The notes beneath the pieces are model-generated. The model was not told the origin of the DNA. It saw only the letters and a program-made list of their open reading frames with translations, and searched no databases. The translations under genes and the position numbers were made by a program. Of a stretch of DNA of 32,000 nucleotides, positions 20,198 through 30,147 are shown in pieces. Each line of letters begins with the position of its first letter. The stretch's first letter is position 1. The DNA comes from Desulfotalea psychrophila LSv54 (GTDB taxonomy: Bacteria; Desulfobacterota; Desulfobulbia; Desulfobulbales; Desulfocapsaceae), in assembly GCF_000025945.1 (NCBI RefSeq), contig NC_006138.1:2700001-2732000 (forward strand), given 5' to 3'.

Positions 20198-22804
20198 ATG
20201 ACAAAAGAACTACTTAAGATAGATCTCGATGATATAAAAAATAGATATGTAAACGATGGAGACTTAATTTGCTGTAGCGTCGATACCGCAAATTACCCTC
20301 ACATTCAACCTATAGTTTTCTTAAAAGACGATGTTTTCTACAATATATCTAATGAAGACTCACGAACAATATACAACTCTAGGTTTAAAGAACATATCAG
20401 TGACACTGAAGAAATATTCAGTCCACTCTATGAAAGATTTTTACCAAATGAATTATTTTTATTAAATAGATTCGCTGACAATAAAAGTAAATGGTCTGCG
20501 GCAGATCCTTACTTTTTTGCTTTTGGAAACGACACATTACCAATCACAAACCATCAAGCCTTAGAAGTTTTTGATGGATTTTTTTCCTTAGAAAATGATT
20601 TCTTCGTCCCCAAGCATAATGAATTACTTGAATTACTCAAAAATAAAATTGACAAGGGCATAACAAACCGTTTCTATGTCAAAACACAAGACACTGTTTT
20701 TGGCCCCTTTGAAGCAAAAAAGATAGAAACGAATAGTGTTAAATTGGCAGCAGTTACCATAAATAATGACACCATATATGAATGGAACTACTCTACAATA
20801 AAAAATGATTCTATTTTCGAATTTTCTGAACCTGAAAGAAACAATAAAATTATTCGCTCGATAACCTCAGGATGGCTTAAAAAAGAAGACAGCAAAAAAA
20901 GTATTATTTTCAAACCTGACAGTGAAATTTTAAAATGGGTAAGTCAACGCACTAAAAAATCTTGTAGCCTCACAAAATCTGATTATAAAAAATTTGAAGA
21001 AATCACAAAAGCATTTCTATCATACGAAGTTAATTCAGATGAAAAATTCATCTACAAGAGAGCAATAAAGCTTATCGAAAAAAGCAAGGAAAACAAGAAA
21101 ATTGTTGATGGTTTCATAGATTTTTTACCAGGATCTTCCATAATTACGGAAAAGCTAGAAGCACTTGAAAAAGAAGCAGAGGAAACACTCTATAAAAACA
21201 AAATAATAAAAAAAGAAAACAAGGAAATTGACGAAGAAATCAAAAACAATACACAAATAAAGAACGATTTACTTAACAAAATAGAAGAACTCAAGAAAAA
21301 AACGGAATTTGAACAAATAGAAGTTACCAAGAGAGAAAATGAGGAGCTCACATTACAAATCAAAAAAGATGAAACGCTAAGAAAAGAATCTGAAAAAAGA
21401 GAAAAATACTCGGAACTCTATAAAATAAATGCAGAAATCAGAAAAAAAGAAAACGCGATTGAAGATCTCAAGGAAAAAGAGAGGGAGTTGAGTGCGGTTA
21501 TAACAGACTTATCTGACCAATTTATCAATAAACAAAAAGAAGCTCACAGTAGTCTACGGGAATTAATAAAATCGAAAACTCATTTTGATTTTATCAGTGG
21601 GAGGAATTTTGAAGATGAAAATAAAACTGTGGAAGATTTTAGTCCGATTATTATAGATTCTTTTTATAAAAATGTTTTAGAAGACACAGGTTTTGTTTCG
21701 CATGAAAAATTTTTACTAGATAAAATTGCCACCTCCTTAAAATATTATGGCAGGAATTATGACAACAACTTTATTGCTAATGTGTTGATATCTCTATATC
21801 AAAACATGGGCACTATCTTTGCTGGACTACCAGGAACTGGAAAAACTTCTTTAGCCAGAATTATTTCAAAAATTTTAACAAAAGATAACAGGAAAGTTGT
21901 TGAAATACCAGTTGCACGTGGTTGGAGTTCTCAAAAAGACTTTATAGGGTTTTACAATCCTCTTTCCAAAAAATTCATTCCGACAAATGAAAAAATGTAC
22001 TCTTTATTAAGGTTAAGCGATGAAGAGGTCTCCTTAAAGACATATAAAGAAAATAATATAGGAATTGTCATCCTTGACGAAGCCAATCTGAGCCCAATGG
22101 AACATTATTGGTCTAGTTTTTATAACTTAACAGATAGTAGAGTCGATGATGAAAACATGCTAGAAATAAACATTGGCACTGAAGCAGAATTAAAATTTGC
22201 GAACAACATCAGATTTATCAGCACAATTAACATCGACCAAACAACAGAAGAACTTTCTCCCAGAATTTTAGACAGATGCAACGTAATAAGAATTCCAACA
22301 GACAATATTTCCTACACACATTCTGCCAATAAGTATAACAGCCAAACTGACATAGAGATTAACTTTTCAGATATAATAAAGTTGTTTAACTTAAAAGACT
22401 TTAACAATGGATTAACACCTGAAGATCTAGAAAACGAATCTTACAAAAAAATATACCTAGAATACTGTAAAACAAAAGATGCTCTGAAAAAATTAAAAAT
22501 AACAGTTAGCCCCAGAATTGACAATGCATTCACGGATTACTTCCTGACAGCACTTAGATTTATGCCTGAATACAAAGCGCTAGATTATTTCATTGCCCAA
22601 CGATTACTAACAAAAATAGATGGGCAGGGAGAAGCATACAAAAAAAACCTAGCAATACTCCTTGAGAAGTTGAAAGAAATATTCATAAACGACCATTCCA
22701 CTAAATCATTCAAAAATGATTCCATAGAAATACTAGAAGAAATTATCGAGACTGGCTCAGAAAGCGAGTTTTACAACAACTACAATTACTTTTTGATAAG
22801 CTAA
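20198..22804 (+). CDS. McrB-like AAA+ ATPase/GTPase with an internal coiled coil
   Basis: Walker A GLPGTGKTSLARIISK, Walker B NIGIVILDEANLSPMEHYWSSF, and an McrB-like NxD segment with downstream arginines FISTINIDQTTEELSPRILDRCNVIRIP. A Lys/Glu heptad-rich segment lies at 21150-21570. Confidence 0.88.
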   Translation: MTKELLKIDLDDIKNRYVNDGDLICCSVDTANYPHIQPIVFLKDDVFYNISNEDSRTIYNSRFKEHISDTEEIFSPLYERFLPNELFLLNRFADNKSKWSAADPYFFAFGNDTLPITNHQALEVFDGFFSLENDFFVPKHNELLELLKNKIDKGITNRFYVKTQDTVFGPFEAKKIETNSVKLAAVTINNDTIYEWNYSTIKNDSIFEFSEPERNNKIIRSITSGWLKKEDSKKSIIFKPDSEILKWVSQRTKKSCSLTKSDYKKFEEITKAFLSYEVNSDEKFIYKRAIKLIEKSKENKKIVDGFIDFLPGSSIITEKLEALEKEAEETLYKNKIIKKENKEIDEEIKNNTQIKNDLLNKIEELKKKTEFEQIEVTKRENEELTLQIKKDETLRKESEKREKYSELYKINAEIRKKENAIEDLKEKERELSAVITDLSDQFINKQKEAHSSLRELIKSKTHFDFISGRNFEDENKTVEDFSPIIIDSFYKNVLEDTGFVSHEKFLLDKIATSLKYYGRNYDNNFIANVLISLYQNMGTIFAGLPGTGKTSLARIISKILTKDNRKVVEIPVARGWSSQKDFIGFYNPLSKKFIPTNEKMYSLLRLSDEEVSLKTYKENNIGIVILDEANLSPMEHYWSSFYNLTDSRVDDENMLEINIGTEAELKFANNIRFISTINIDQTTEELSPRILDRCNVIRIPTDNISYTHSANKYNSQTDIEINFSDIIKLFNLKDFNNGLTPEDLENESYKKIYLEYCKTKDALKKLKITVSPRIDNAFTDYFLTALRFMPEYKALDYFIAQRLLTKIDGQGEAYKKNLAILLEKLKEIFINDHSTKSFKNDSIEILEEIIETGSESEFYNNYNYFLIS

Positions 22805-22805
22805 A

Positions 22806-24491
22806 ATGTATTCCATTGAAATAACGTCTTTCAACAACAACAACGTTGTTCAAAAAGCGAACAACACTTTCGATATCAAGGAAACATTTAACTACAATAT
22901 TATTCTGCGAAGAGAGGGGATAGTACAAAATGGTTTTCTTCTTATTGATGGAGTTTTCAATCAATTTGGAGAACAAAGAACTATTGCGCTCGGAAAAGAA
23001 GAAAAGACACCTTTCATTAACTGCTTTGGTCTCTTTACTTGCTCATACGATGGACAATTTATTGCAACTTTCGACGTTTCAACTACAAAACTTAGTGGTG
23101 TAGAAGCTAAAAATATTCTAGAATACGTCTACCATAACTCCCAAGAGTTATTCACCAGCAACCTGAACAAAACAAGAAATTTCACCTCTGGTGGTAGTAC
23201 AAAAAACAACCTATCTCTTTTTAATTATATTGGTGTAATTAAAGAGTTGCTTGCATGCTTAAAATCTTTTTTGCCAATTTTGAAAAACAAAGCGCTTTAC
23301 AAAATACGGAAAGAAATAACAATAGAAAGATATGAAGAAAATTGTGCAACTAGCAAGAGCTTAGAGTGGATACTTGCAAACCTTGATAAGCATATTTACG
23401 GCAACAGTTTAAAAGGTTTACCAGGAGCTTTTGAAATAGATGGTACATTTGCCTTACCTAACCAAATAGAAATAGAAAAAAACATAAAAGATTTTTCCAT
23501 ATATGAAAATAAGATAATTATTGGAGCAATAAAAACATTAGAGTTACGTATTCGCGATACAATCTACCTAGTAAAATCTAATATAGAAGACAACGATATA
23601 ATCGATGAAAAATTTGCTAGTTTTAATACGATAAAGAAAATATTGCTATCGAGCGAGCTCAACAATTTAGCAGAAGCGAAGCACACTCTATATGAATTAA
23701 AAAACAACTATTTTTCGTTTTTTAATACTGTACCATCCATACAAGAAAAACCAAAATTAACACATAACTTCAGAAGAAAAAAACATTATAGAAATATTTA
23801 TGAAAAAGTAAGATTATTATATGATTCATCTTTGCTCCCGACAGGAATACATCTTGTTCTAGGGATTAAAAACATTGATATATTATATGAATATTACGTT
23901 TTTTATAAAATAATAGATTTATTCAAACAACTCTATGGAGAACCGACAAAAGTCGAAACAGAAGAGAAAGAACAAATAATAAAATATGTAGAATTCATAA
24001 ATGAACAAGGAATGACCTTCAGAGTTCACTATCAATTAAGAATAAACAAAGAAAAAATAACGCCATCATACCCTTGGCTCAAGCTATTTGTAAACTCAAA
24101 CACCGCCAGCCATTATACCCCAGATATTGTCGTAGAATTCGAGTTTAACTCTGTCTTTAATTACGCAATTTTTGATGCAAAATATAGTACAAAGAAATGG
24201 ATAGAGGGTACTTCCGTAAATATAGGAAACACAACTCAAACCGTAATAAACAAATATTATTTATCTGTTTCCCATAGAGGCGAGCCATACAAAAAAATAG
24301 ATTACTTATTTCTTGTTTACCCTAGTAGAATATCAGCAAAATTTTTCACAAAAGAGACAGATTATTATCCAATAATTGCAGCAATACCCTCTGTTCCAAA
24401 CAACAACAGTCATCTACAAGATATTATTGAAACAATCGCTAGAAACTGGGCGAATAACACTCAAGCGCATCACCCTAAGCCAAGCATTTAA
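22806..24491 (+). CDS. McrC-like protein, DUF2357-type with C-terminal PD-(D/E)XK nuclease
   Basis: Starts 1 nt after the McrB-like stop. C-terminal motif HYTPDIVVEFEFNSVFNYAIFDAKYSTKKW fits PD-x(n)-DxK. KLRIR/FRRKKHYRNIYEKVRLLYDSS and YEYYVFYKIIDLFKQLY fit DUF2357/McrC-like proteins. Confidence 0.84.
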   Translation: MYSIEITSFNNNNVVQKANNTFDIKETFNYNIILRREGIVQNGFLLIDGVFNQFGEQRTIALGKEEKTPFINCFGLFTCSYDGQFIATFDVSTTKLSGVEAKNILEYVYHNSQELFTSNLNKTRNFTSGGSTKNNLSLFNYIGVIKELLACLKSFLPILKNKALYKIRKEITIERYEENCATSKSLEWILANLDKHIYGNSLKGLPGAFEIDGTFALPNQIEIEKNIKDFSIYENKIIIGAIKTLELRIRDTIYLVKSNIEDNDIIDEKFASFNTIKKILLSSELNNLAEAKHTLYELKNNYFSFFNTVPSIQEKPKLTHNFRRKKHYRNIYEKVRLLYDSSLLPTGIHLVLGIKNIDILYEYYVFYKIIDLFKQLYGEPTKVETEEKEQIIKYVEFINEQGMTFRVHYQLRINKEKITPSYPWLKLFVNSNTASHYTPDIVVEFEFNSVFNYAIFDAKYSTKKWIEGTSVNIGNTTQTVINKYYLSVSHRGEPYKKIDYLFLVYPSRISAKFFTKETDYYPIIAAIPSVPNNNSHLQDIIETIARNWANNTQAHHPKPSI

Positions 24492-24693
24492 TATAAAAAC
24501 AAGGATACTCCATTCTCTTATCCTCAGAAGCTATCAATCCCCTTTCGGCCCCCACAAACCAAGGCAAGGCCCGCTGACAAAGTTCGTTTCTTTTCAACCC
24601 TACCCATGTTACCATCCGGCAAAAGTAGGTAAACCATCCACAGGGAGAACGATGCGAGATTTCACAGCAGATCTAAAAATAGGGAAGAGAAAT

Positions 24694-25215
24694 ATGGCCC
24701 AAGTGGCCTCTCTCATTACGCCAGAGCTCCGGCTCAAAGAGGCATCCATAGCCGAAAGACAGAGCAAAAGCTCTGAGAGTCAACGAGACAAGCTTATGGA
24801 GATCTATGCCCTGGCAGGTGAACTTACGGCAGAGATCTCCCCTCTCACCCCCTGCAGAGCCGGATGCAGCAACTGCTGTCATATCAATATTTCAATCTCA
24901 CCACTTGAAGCAGGAATTATCGCCGATGAAATCGGTATAGACCCAGGCACAGGGGACATTACCCTGACAGACGATTTTTACGGTTCCAAATGTCCCCTCC
25001 TCGTCAATGAGAAATGCTCTGTCTACCACGTACGTCCCTACTTCTGTCGCCGCTTCATCTCTCTTATGCCCAGTGAGTACTGGTGTGATCACCGAAGAAT
25101 ATTAAACCATGACTTCCCCCTTCTGCAATTTTCCGAAATAAACAGGGCATACTACCAGCTGATTAATGGTGGTGGGCTGAGGGATATCAGGCGGTGGTTT
25201 CAGCCCCGGGACTAG
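24694..25215 (+). CDS. YkgJ-family cysteine cluster protein
   Basis: CRAGCSNCCHINISISPLEAGIIADEI and CPLLVNEKCSVYHVRPYFCRRF are typical of the zinc/iron-chelating cysteine cluster family. The ATG at 24694 has a strong GGGAAGA upstream. The longer N-terminus in the ORF track is probably not translated. Confidence 0.85.
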   Translation: MAQVASLITPELRLKEASIAERQSKSSESQRDKLMEIYALAGELTAEISPLTPCRAGCSNCCHINISISPLEAGIIADEIGIDPGTGDITLTDDFYGSKCPLLVNEKCSVYHVRPYFCRRFISLMPSEYWCDHRRILNHDFPLLQFSEINRAYYQLINGGGLRDIRRWFQPRD

Positions 25216-25391
25216 ATCCGTCAGCACTATATAGTGCCTTCCCTGATTCCATCACCTGCCACAACCAACTCTGCTTAACTATTGCCCATAACAGGTAAAT
25301 AGTGTAGGAGAGGGAAAGAAGATTTAACGGGACGGCTAGGGCGAATACTTCCCCTAGGCAGGTGATAATAAAAAACAAGATGGTGAGATCT

Positions 25392-26156
25392 ATGGATGTT
25401 TTTCAGACGATTATTTTAGGCATTATTGAGGGTATTACAGAGTTCTTACCCATCTCTTCAACGGGACATCTGATCGTTGCAAGTAACTGGCTCTCCATCG
25501 AGCAGAACGAAACCAACAAGGCCATCGAGGTAATAATTCAACTGGCGGCAATACTTGCCGTTATTGCCAATTACAGAGATAAGTTCACCCTGAAGCACAA
25601 GGTTTTGTGGAGCAAAGTAGTCCTGGCCTTTATTCCCATCGGGGCCATTGGTCTTCTCTTCCATAAGGAGATCAAAACGCTCTTTACCGTACCCATGGTG
25701 GGAACCATGTTTATTGTCGGCGGTATCGTCTTTTTAGTGCTGGAACACTTTTACCAAGAGCGTTCCAGTCATGTCCAAGAGGTGGAAGCCATAAGTTACA
25801 GACAGGCCCTGTGGATAGGTATTGCCCAGGTCTTTGCCCTTATTCCGGGTACCAGCAGGGCGGGTGCCTCCATTGTTGGCGCCCTTCTTATGGGTCTGAG
25901 CAGAAAGGCCAGCGCAGAGTTCTCCTTCCTCCTAGCCCTGCCGGTACTGGCAGCAGCAGCAGGCTTTGATCTACTGACCCACTACAGTGACTTTAGTAGG
26001 GGGGATATGCTCACCCTCTCTGTTGGCTTTATTACCTCCTTCCTCATAGCCTATCTGACCATCAGGGTCTTTATAGGATTTCTGCAGCGATTCACCTTTG
26101 TAAGCTTTGGCATATACAGAATTGCATTTGGCGCCCTCCTCCTCTGGCTAGGGTAG
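25392..26156 (+). CDS. uppP: Undecaprenyl-diphosphate phosphatase UppP
   Basis: [22 protein letters not shown] and [39 protein letters not shown] are diagnostic UppP/BacA motifs. Confidence 0.95.
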
Positions 26157-26683
26157 ATTTTCCATGTTTACCATTCAATAAACACATAGGTGGACGACGA
26201 AACGTCCACCCCTTTCAGAAGAAAGGGGCACCCTAATTCTCGCAACATCCTCCTCTACTTTATCCTGGCAGCCCTTCCCAGCCCCAGGCAAAACAAAGAG
26301 GGGCCCCTTACTGGACCGATCTGGCCTCACCGCGTTGTCATTCTCTTCTGGATTGGCCTTACCGCCACGGGCTATGACCATCAAAATCTAAGCCTTCTTA
26401 TCAATCTCCCCATTGGCCTGATGATTGCCCTAACGCCCACCCACGAGTCATCGACAGAATCAGAGACAAAACAAACGTCTATCAGGCCTTAGCCCTCTCC
26501 CTCTTTGTCCATTCTTCCGCCCATTCCTATCTGCCTGAATAGGCCTTGCCTCGCTCAACTGACTGGGCGGTGGAATGATTTTCTGGACATCTCCCTGCCA
26601 ACTCAGGCAAAATGGTTAAAGAGATAGGAATTGATGTGATAGAATAAGGACAGCATTTCAATTTAAAAAACCGAGGAGGAAAT

Positions 26684-27214
26684 ATGGCTACGCTCAAGGC
26701 TCTTCTGGCCAACATTACCCAGGCAGAGGTAGACGTAATCGTCAATGCCGCAAACCCACGTTTACTGGGAGGAGGTGGGGTTGACGGCGCCATCCATCAG
26801 GCAGCAGGGCCAACATTACTGGACGCCTGCATGAAGATCGCAGAAAAAGATGGGGTGCGCTGCCCCACCGGCGAGGCAAGGATCACAGGGGCAGGTAGAC
26901 TGGCCGCCAAATATGTCATCCATACCGTAGGCCCTGTGTTCAAAAGAGAAGGGGCCGCGGCCGCCGCCCTGCTAGAATCTGCCTATACAAACAGCCTTGC
27001 CCTGGCCCTGGAACATGGTTGCAGATCCATAGCATTCCCAGCCATCTCCTGTGGCATCTACGGCTATCCACTGGAGGAGGCGGCCCAGATTGCCGTAAAG
27101 GCCTGCCAACCCTATCTGGCAGAGGATATTTCCATATTCTTCTATCTCTTTAACCAAGAGATCTATTCAATATTTAAAGAAGAAATTGAGAAATATCAGC
27201 ATAAAGGGGAATAG
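26684..27214 (+). CDS. Macrodomain protein, O-acetyl-ADP-ribose deacetylase-like
   Basis: ITQAEVDVIVNAANPRLLGGGGVDGAIHQAAG ... GEARITGAGRLAAKYVIHTVGPV ... AFPAISCGIYGYPLEEAAQIA. Confidence 0.95.
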   Translation: MATLKALLANITQAEVDVIVNAANPRLLGGGGVDGAIHQAAGPTLLDACMKIAEKDGVRCPTGEARITGAGRLAAKYVIHTVGPVFKREGAAAAALLESAYTNSLALALEHGCRSIAFPAISCGIYGYPLEEAAQIAVKACQPYLAEDISIFFYLFNQEIYSIFKEEIEKYQHKGE

Positions 27215-27265
27215 ACTACCGATGAGGGGCAGGGCAGATCATTATATTTTAACAAGGGGTTAAGG

Positions 27266-28660
27266 ATGAGCAGATACCGAACAGAGACTGATTCATTTGG
27301 TGAGTTACAGGTACCAACCGATAAATACTATGGGGCCCAATCGGCACGCTCCCTGATCAACTTCCCCATCGGGGTGGAAACTATCCCCCCTCCCCTAATC
27401 CGGGCCCTAGGCATTGTCAAGCAGGCAGCGGCCCGGGTAAATATGAATCTCGGCCTACTCAGCCCTCCTCTCGCTGAGGCAATCAGCCAGGCGGCCGGGG
27501 AGGTCATGACCGGGAAACTCGATGAGCACTTCCCCCTATCAATATGGCAGACCGGTTCGGGAACCCAGAGCAATATGAACTGCAACGAGGTGATCTCCAA
27601 CCGGGCCATTGAGCTCTTAGGAGGGGTGCTGGGCAGCAAAAGCCCCGTTCACCCCAACGACCACTGCAATATGGGCCAGTCCTCCAACGATGTCTTCCCC
27701 ACGGCCATGCATATTGCCGCCGTTGAAGAGATCAGGCACCGCCTCCTACCGGCCCTCCAATTTTTGCGTGACCAGCTGCAAAGTAAATCTCAGGCATTCA
27801 GCCATCTGGTTAAAATCGGCAGAACCCATACCCAGGATGCAACCCCCCTGACCCTGGGCCAAGAGTTTTCAGGTTACACTGCCCAGATGGACAATGCCCT
27901 GCGCAGAGCAAGGGCAGTACTACCCGCCCTCTATCAACTGGCTCAGGGCGGAACCGCCGTGGGTACAGGACTTAATACAGTCAAAGGTTTTGATATCAGC
28001 TTTGCCGAGGAGGTGGCAAGGATAACGGAAATTCCCTTTAAAACCGCAGAAAACAAATTTGAGGCACTGGCTGCCCACGATGCTATAGTTGAGGGCAGTG
28101 GCGCCCTCAACACAATAGCCGTAAGCCTTATGAAGATAGCAAACGACATCAGATTTCTGGGATCTGGACCGCGCTGCGGCATTGGGGAGATCAACCTGCC
28201 GGAAAATGAACCGGGTTCCTCGATTATGCCCGGCAAGGTGAACCCCACCCAGTGTGAGGCACTAACCATGGTCGTGGCCCAGGTTATGGGCAACCATACA
28301 ACCATTTCGGTGGCGGGTGCCAATGGCCATTTCGAGCTCAATGTCTTTAAGCCGGTAATGATCTATAACCTCCTGCAGTCGATTCGTCTACTTGCCGATG
28401 CCTGCCAATCCTTTGCCAAGAGATGCATCAGTGGCATCAGCGCCAACGAAGAACGTATTGGCAAACTCCGTGATGAATCCCTGATGCTGGTGACGGCCCT
28501 CAATCCGCATATCGGCTACGACAATGCCGCCAAAATTGCAAAAAAGGCCCACCGGGATGGCTCGACCCTCCTGGAAGCAGCCCTGGCCCTTAAGCTCCTG
28601 ACCAAAGAGCAGTTTACAGAGTGGGTAGTACCTGAAAAAATGATCGGACCCAGAGGCTGA
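27266..28660 (+). CDS. fumC: Class II fumarate hydratase
   Basis: [41 protein letters not shown] and signature [20 protein letters not shown]. Confidence 0.96.
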   Translation: MSRYRTETDSFGELQVPTDKYYGAQSARSLINFPIGVETIPPPLIRALGIVKQAAARVNMNLGLLSPPLAEAISQAAGEVMTGKLDEHFPLSIWQTGSGTQSNMNCNEVISNRAIELLGGVLGSKSPVHPNDHCNMGQSSNDVFPTAMHIAAVEEIRHRLLPALQFLRDQLQSKSQAFSHLVKIGRTHTQDATPLTLGQEFSGYTAQMDNALRRARAVLPALYQLAQGGTAVGTGLNTVKGFDISFAEEVARITEIPFKTAENKFEALAAHDAIVEGSGALNTIAVSLMKIANDIRFLGSGPRCGIGEINLPENEPGSSIMPGKVNPTQCEALTMVVAQVMGNHTTISVAGANGHFELNVFKPVMIYNLLQSIRLLADACQSFAKRCISGISANEERIGKLRDESLMLVTALNPHIGYDNAAKIAKKAHRDGSTLLEAALALKLLTKEQFTEWVVPEKMIGPRG

Positions 28661-28861
28661 ATCAACCGGCAGAAACATCTAGAAAATGGCACCTCTTCAA
28701 ACATCTAGCCTACATTTGCACACCACCTCGGGCCAGCATAGAGGGGACAAAAAAGATTAGTCTTTCCTGAATATTTCTGTTATTTATCTTGTAGTGAGTA
28801 GTAGAAGAAGAAAACACAATTTTTTAAACACACAATACTGTAGTGAGGCTCGTAATAACCT

Positions 28862-29215
28862 ATGAAAGCGACGCTTGCCATGACCCTGTTTCATGGAACC
28901 GAAAAATTTAACTGTAATCAGGCTGTGCTCAAGACCTTCCAGTCAGAGTTCGGAATATCCGATGAAACCATAAAATCAGCAGCACGCCTCGGTGGCGGTA
29001 GAGCTGAAGGTGGTGTCTGTGGTGCCCTGCATGCGGCACGGGTACTCCTTGACGACCACGAAATGCTACCAATCATTGAACAAGAATTTGCCTCCCAGAG
29101 CGATTCTATTTATTGTCGGGAGATCCGCGCGGCCAAAAAGCTCTCCTGCAGGAACTGCGTAGCCCTTGCGGCCCGACTTATTGAGCCCTACCTTGCTGCC
29201 TGTGAACCCGCCTAG
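28862..29215 (+). CDS. C_GCAxxG_C_C family redox/cysteine protein
   Basis: FNCNQAVLKTF ... ARLGGGRAEGGVCGALHAARVLLD ... KLSCRNCVALAARLIEPYL matches the family cysteine spacing. Confidence 0.82.
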   Translation: MKATLAMTLFHGTEKFNCNQAVLKTFQSEFGISDETIKSAARLGGGRAEGGVCGALHAARVLLDDHEMLPIIEQEFASQSDSIYCREIRAAKKLSCRNCVALAARLIEPYLAACEPA

Positions 29216-29436
29216 ATAGCAGGCCCTGCCACCTCTTGCAGGGCCGGGAATGAGCCTTATTCCTCATTCCCCCCCTTATTGATGCTTTAGCAACTCTCCC
29301 CCCTCCATAAAAACGTTGAACTATTTAACGCCACTGACTAAATTGAAAATTTTCCCTGATGCCTGAATCCTGCCAGACTGGACGCAGGTATCAAGAGATA
29401 GAGATAAACTTTACCCAAAAGAGGCACTTTCCTAGT

Positions 29437-29674
29437 ATGACACAACTCAACAATCCTTTACACGGAATCAAGCTGGAGCAAATCGTCACCCAACTTGTGG
29501 ATCATTACGGATGGGACTATCTGGCTGCCAGAATTAATATTGGGTTGTTTTAACAAGAACCCCACCATAACCTCCAGCCTCAAGCTTCTGCGAAGAACCC
29601 CCTGGGCAAGAAGCAAGGTTGAACGCCTCTATATTTCCACCTTTGCCGGAACCGGGGCAGGAAAAAAGAGATAG
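29437..29674 (+). pseudogene. VF530/DUF2132 family small DNA-binding protein gene with apparent +1 frameshift
   Basis: MTQLNNPLHGIKLEQIVTQLVDHYGWDYLAARINIG continues as CFNKNPTITSSLKLLRRTPWARSKVERLYIS only if one G is removed at 29542-29544. As written, the frame terminates at 29553. Confidence 0.75.
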
Positions 29675-29750
29675 GACATACGGCGCCGGATAGCCCTGCG
29701 CCGACAGATCTGCCAAGCCAGGAAGTAGGCGAATAAGAGTGCTCCTTCCT

Positions 29751-30092
29751 TCAGCCCTTCCAATTCCAGCCAAAGCCCCAACGGTAGGAGGTATACAGAT
29801 AGCCACCGCCACCCAGACGGACGGCAAGCCAAATAGGCAACACCAGCACCTTGCCACACCAACCACTCCTAAAAACACAGAGGGCGAATTGATTATCGAC
29901 CCACAGCCTGTCGATAAAGCTTTCCCACCTGCCCGCCCTGCGACCAGAACCAAAATGATACTCTATATCATGGTTATAGCAACACTCCTCAAGGGGAGAA
30001 AGGCGCCTGAAGATCTTCACCCAGCCCCAGGACAAACCACCGGAGCAACCGTCGCTGACAAAGGGGAGATCCGGCAAATCAATCTTATCCAA
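29751..30092 (-). CDS. Phospholipase A2-like domain small protein
   Basis: FVSDGCSGGLSWGWVKIFRRLSPLEECCYNHDIEYHFGSGRR ... YRWGFGWNWKG. The CCxxHD catalytic/Ca-loop-like pattern and the WRWGxGW tail resemble bacterial PLA2-like proteins. Confidence 0.66.
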   Translation of the reverse strand: MDKIDLPDLPFVSDGCSGGLSWGWVKIFRRLSPLEECCYNHDIEYHFGSGRRAGRWESFIDRLWVDNQFALCVFRSGWCGKVLVLPIWLAVRLGGGGYLYTSYRWGFGWNWKG

Positions 30093-30147
30093 AATAACCT
30101 CTTATAAAATCCATCTATTTTTCACATCAACTACAAATCATTAGCAC

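Noticed and set aside
24376-24693. Upstream 106 aa extension of the YkgJ-like ORF
   Set aside because: It overlaps the C-terminus of the nuclease gene in another frame. A good SD and ATG exist at 24694.
29534-29953. 139 aa minus-strand ORF
   Set aside because: It overlaps the PLA2-like gene in another frame and VF530 antisense. It shows no coherent protein motifs.
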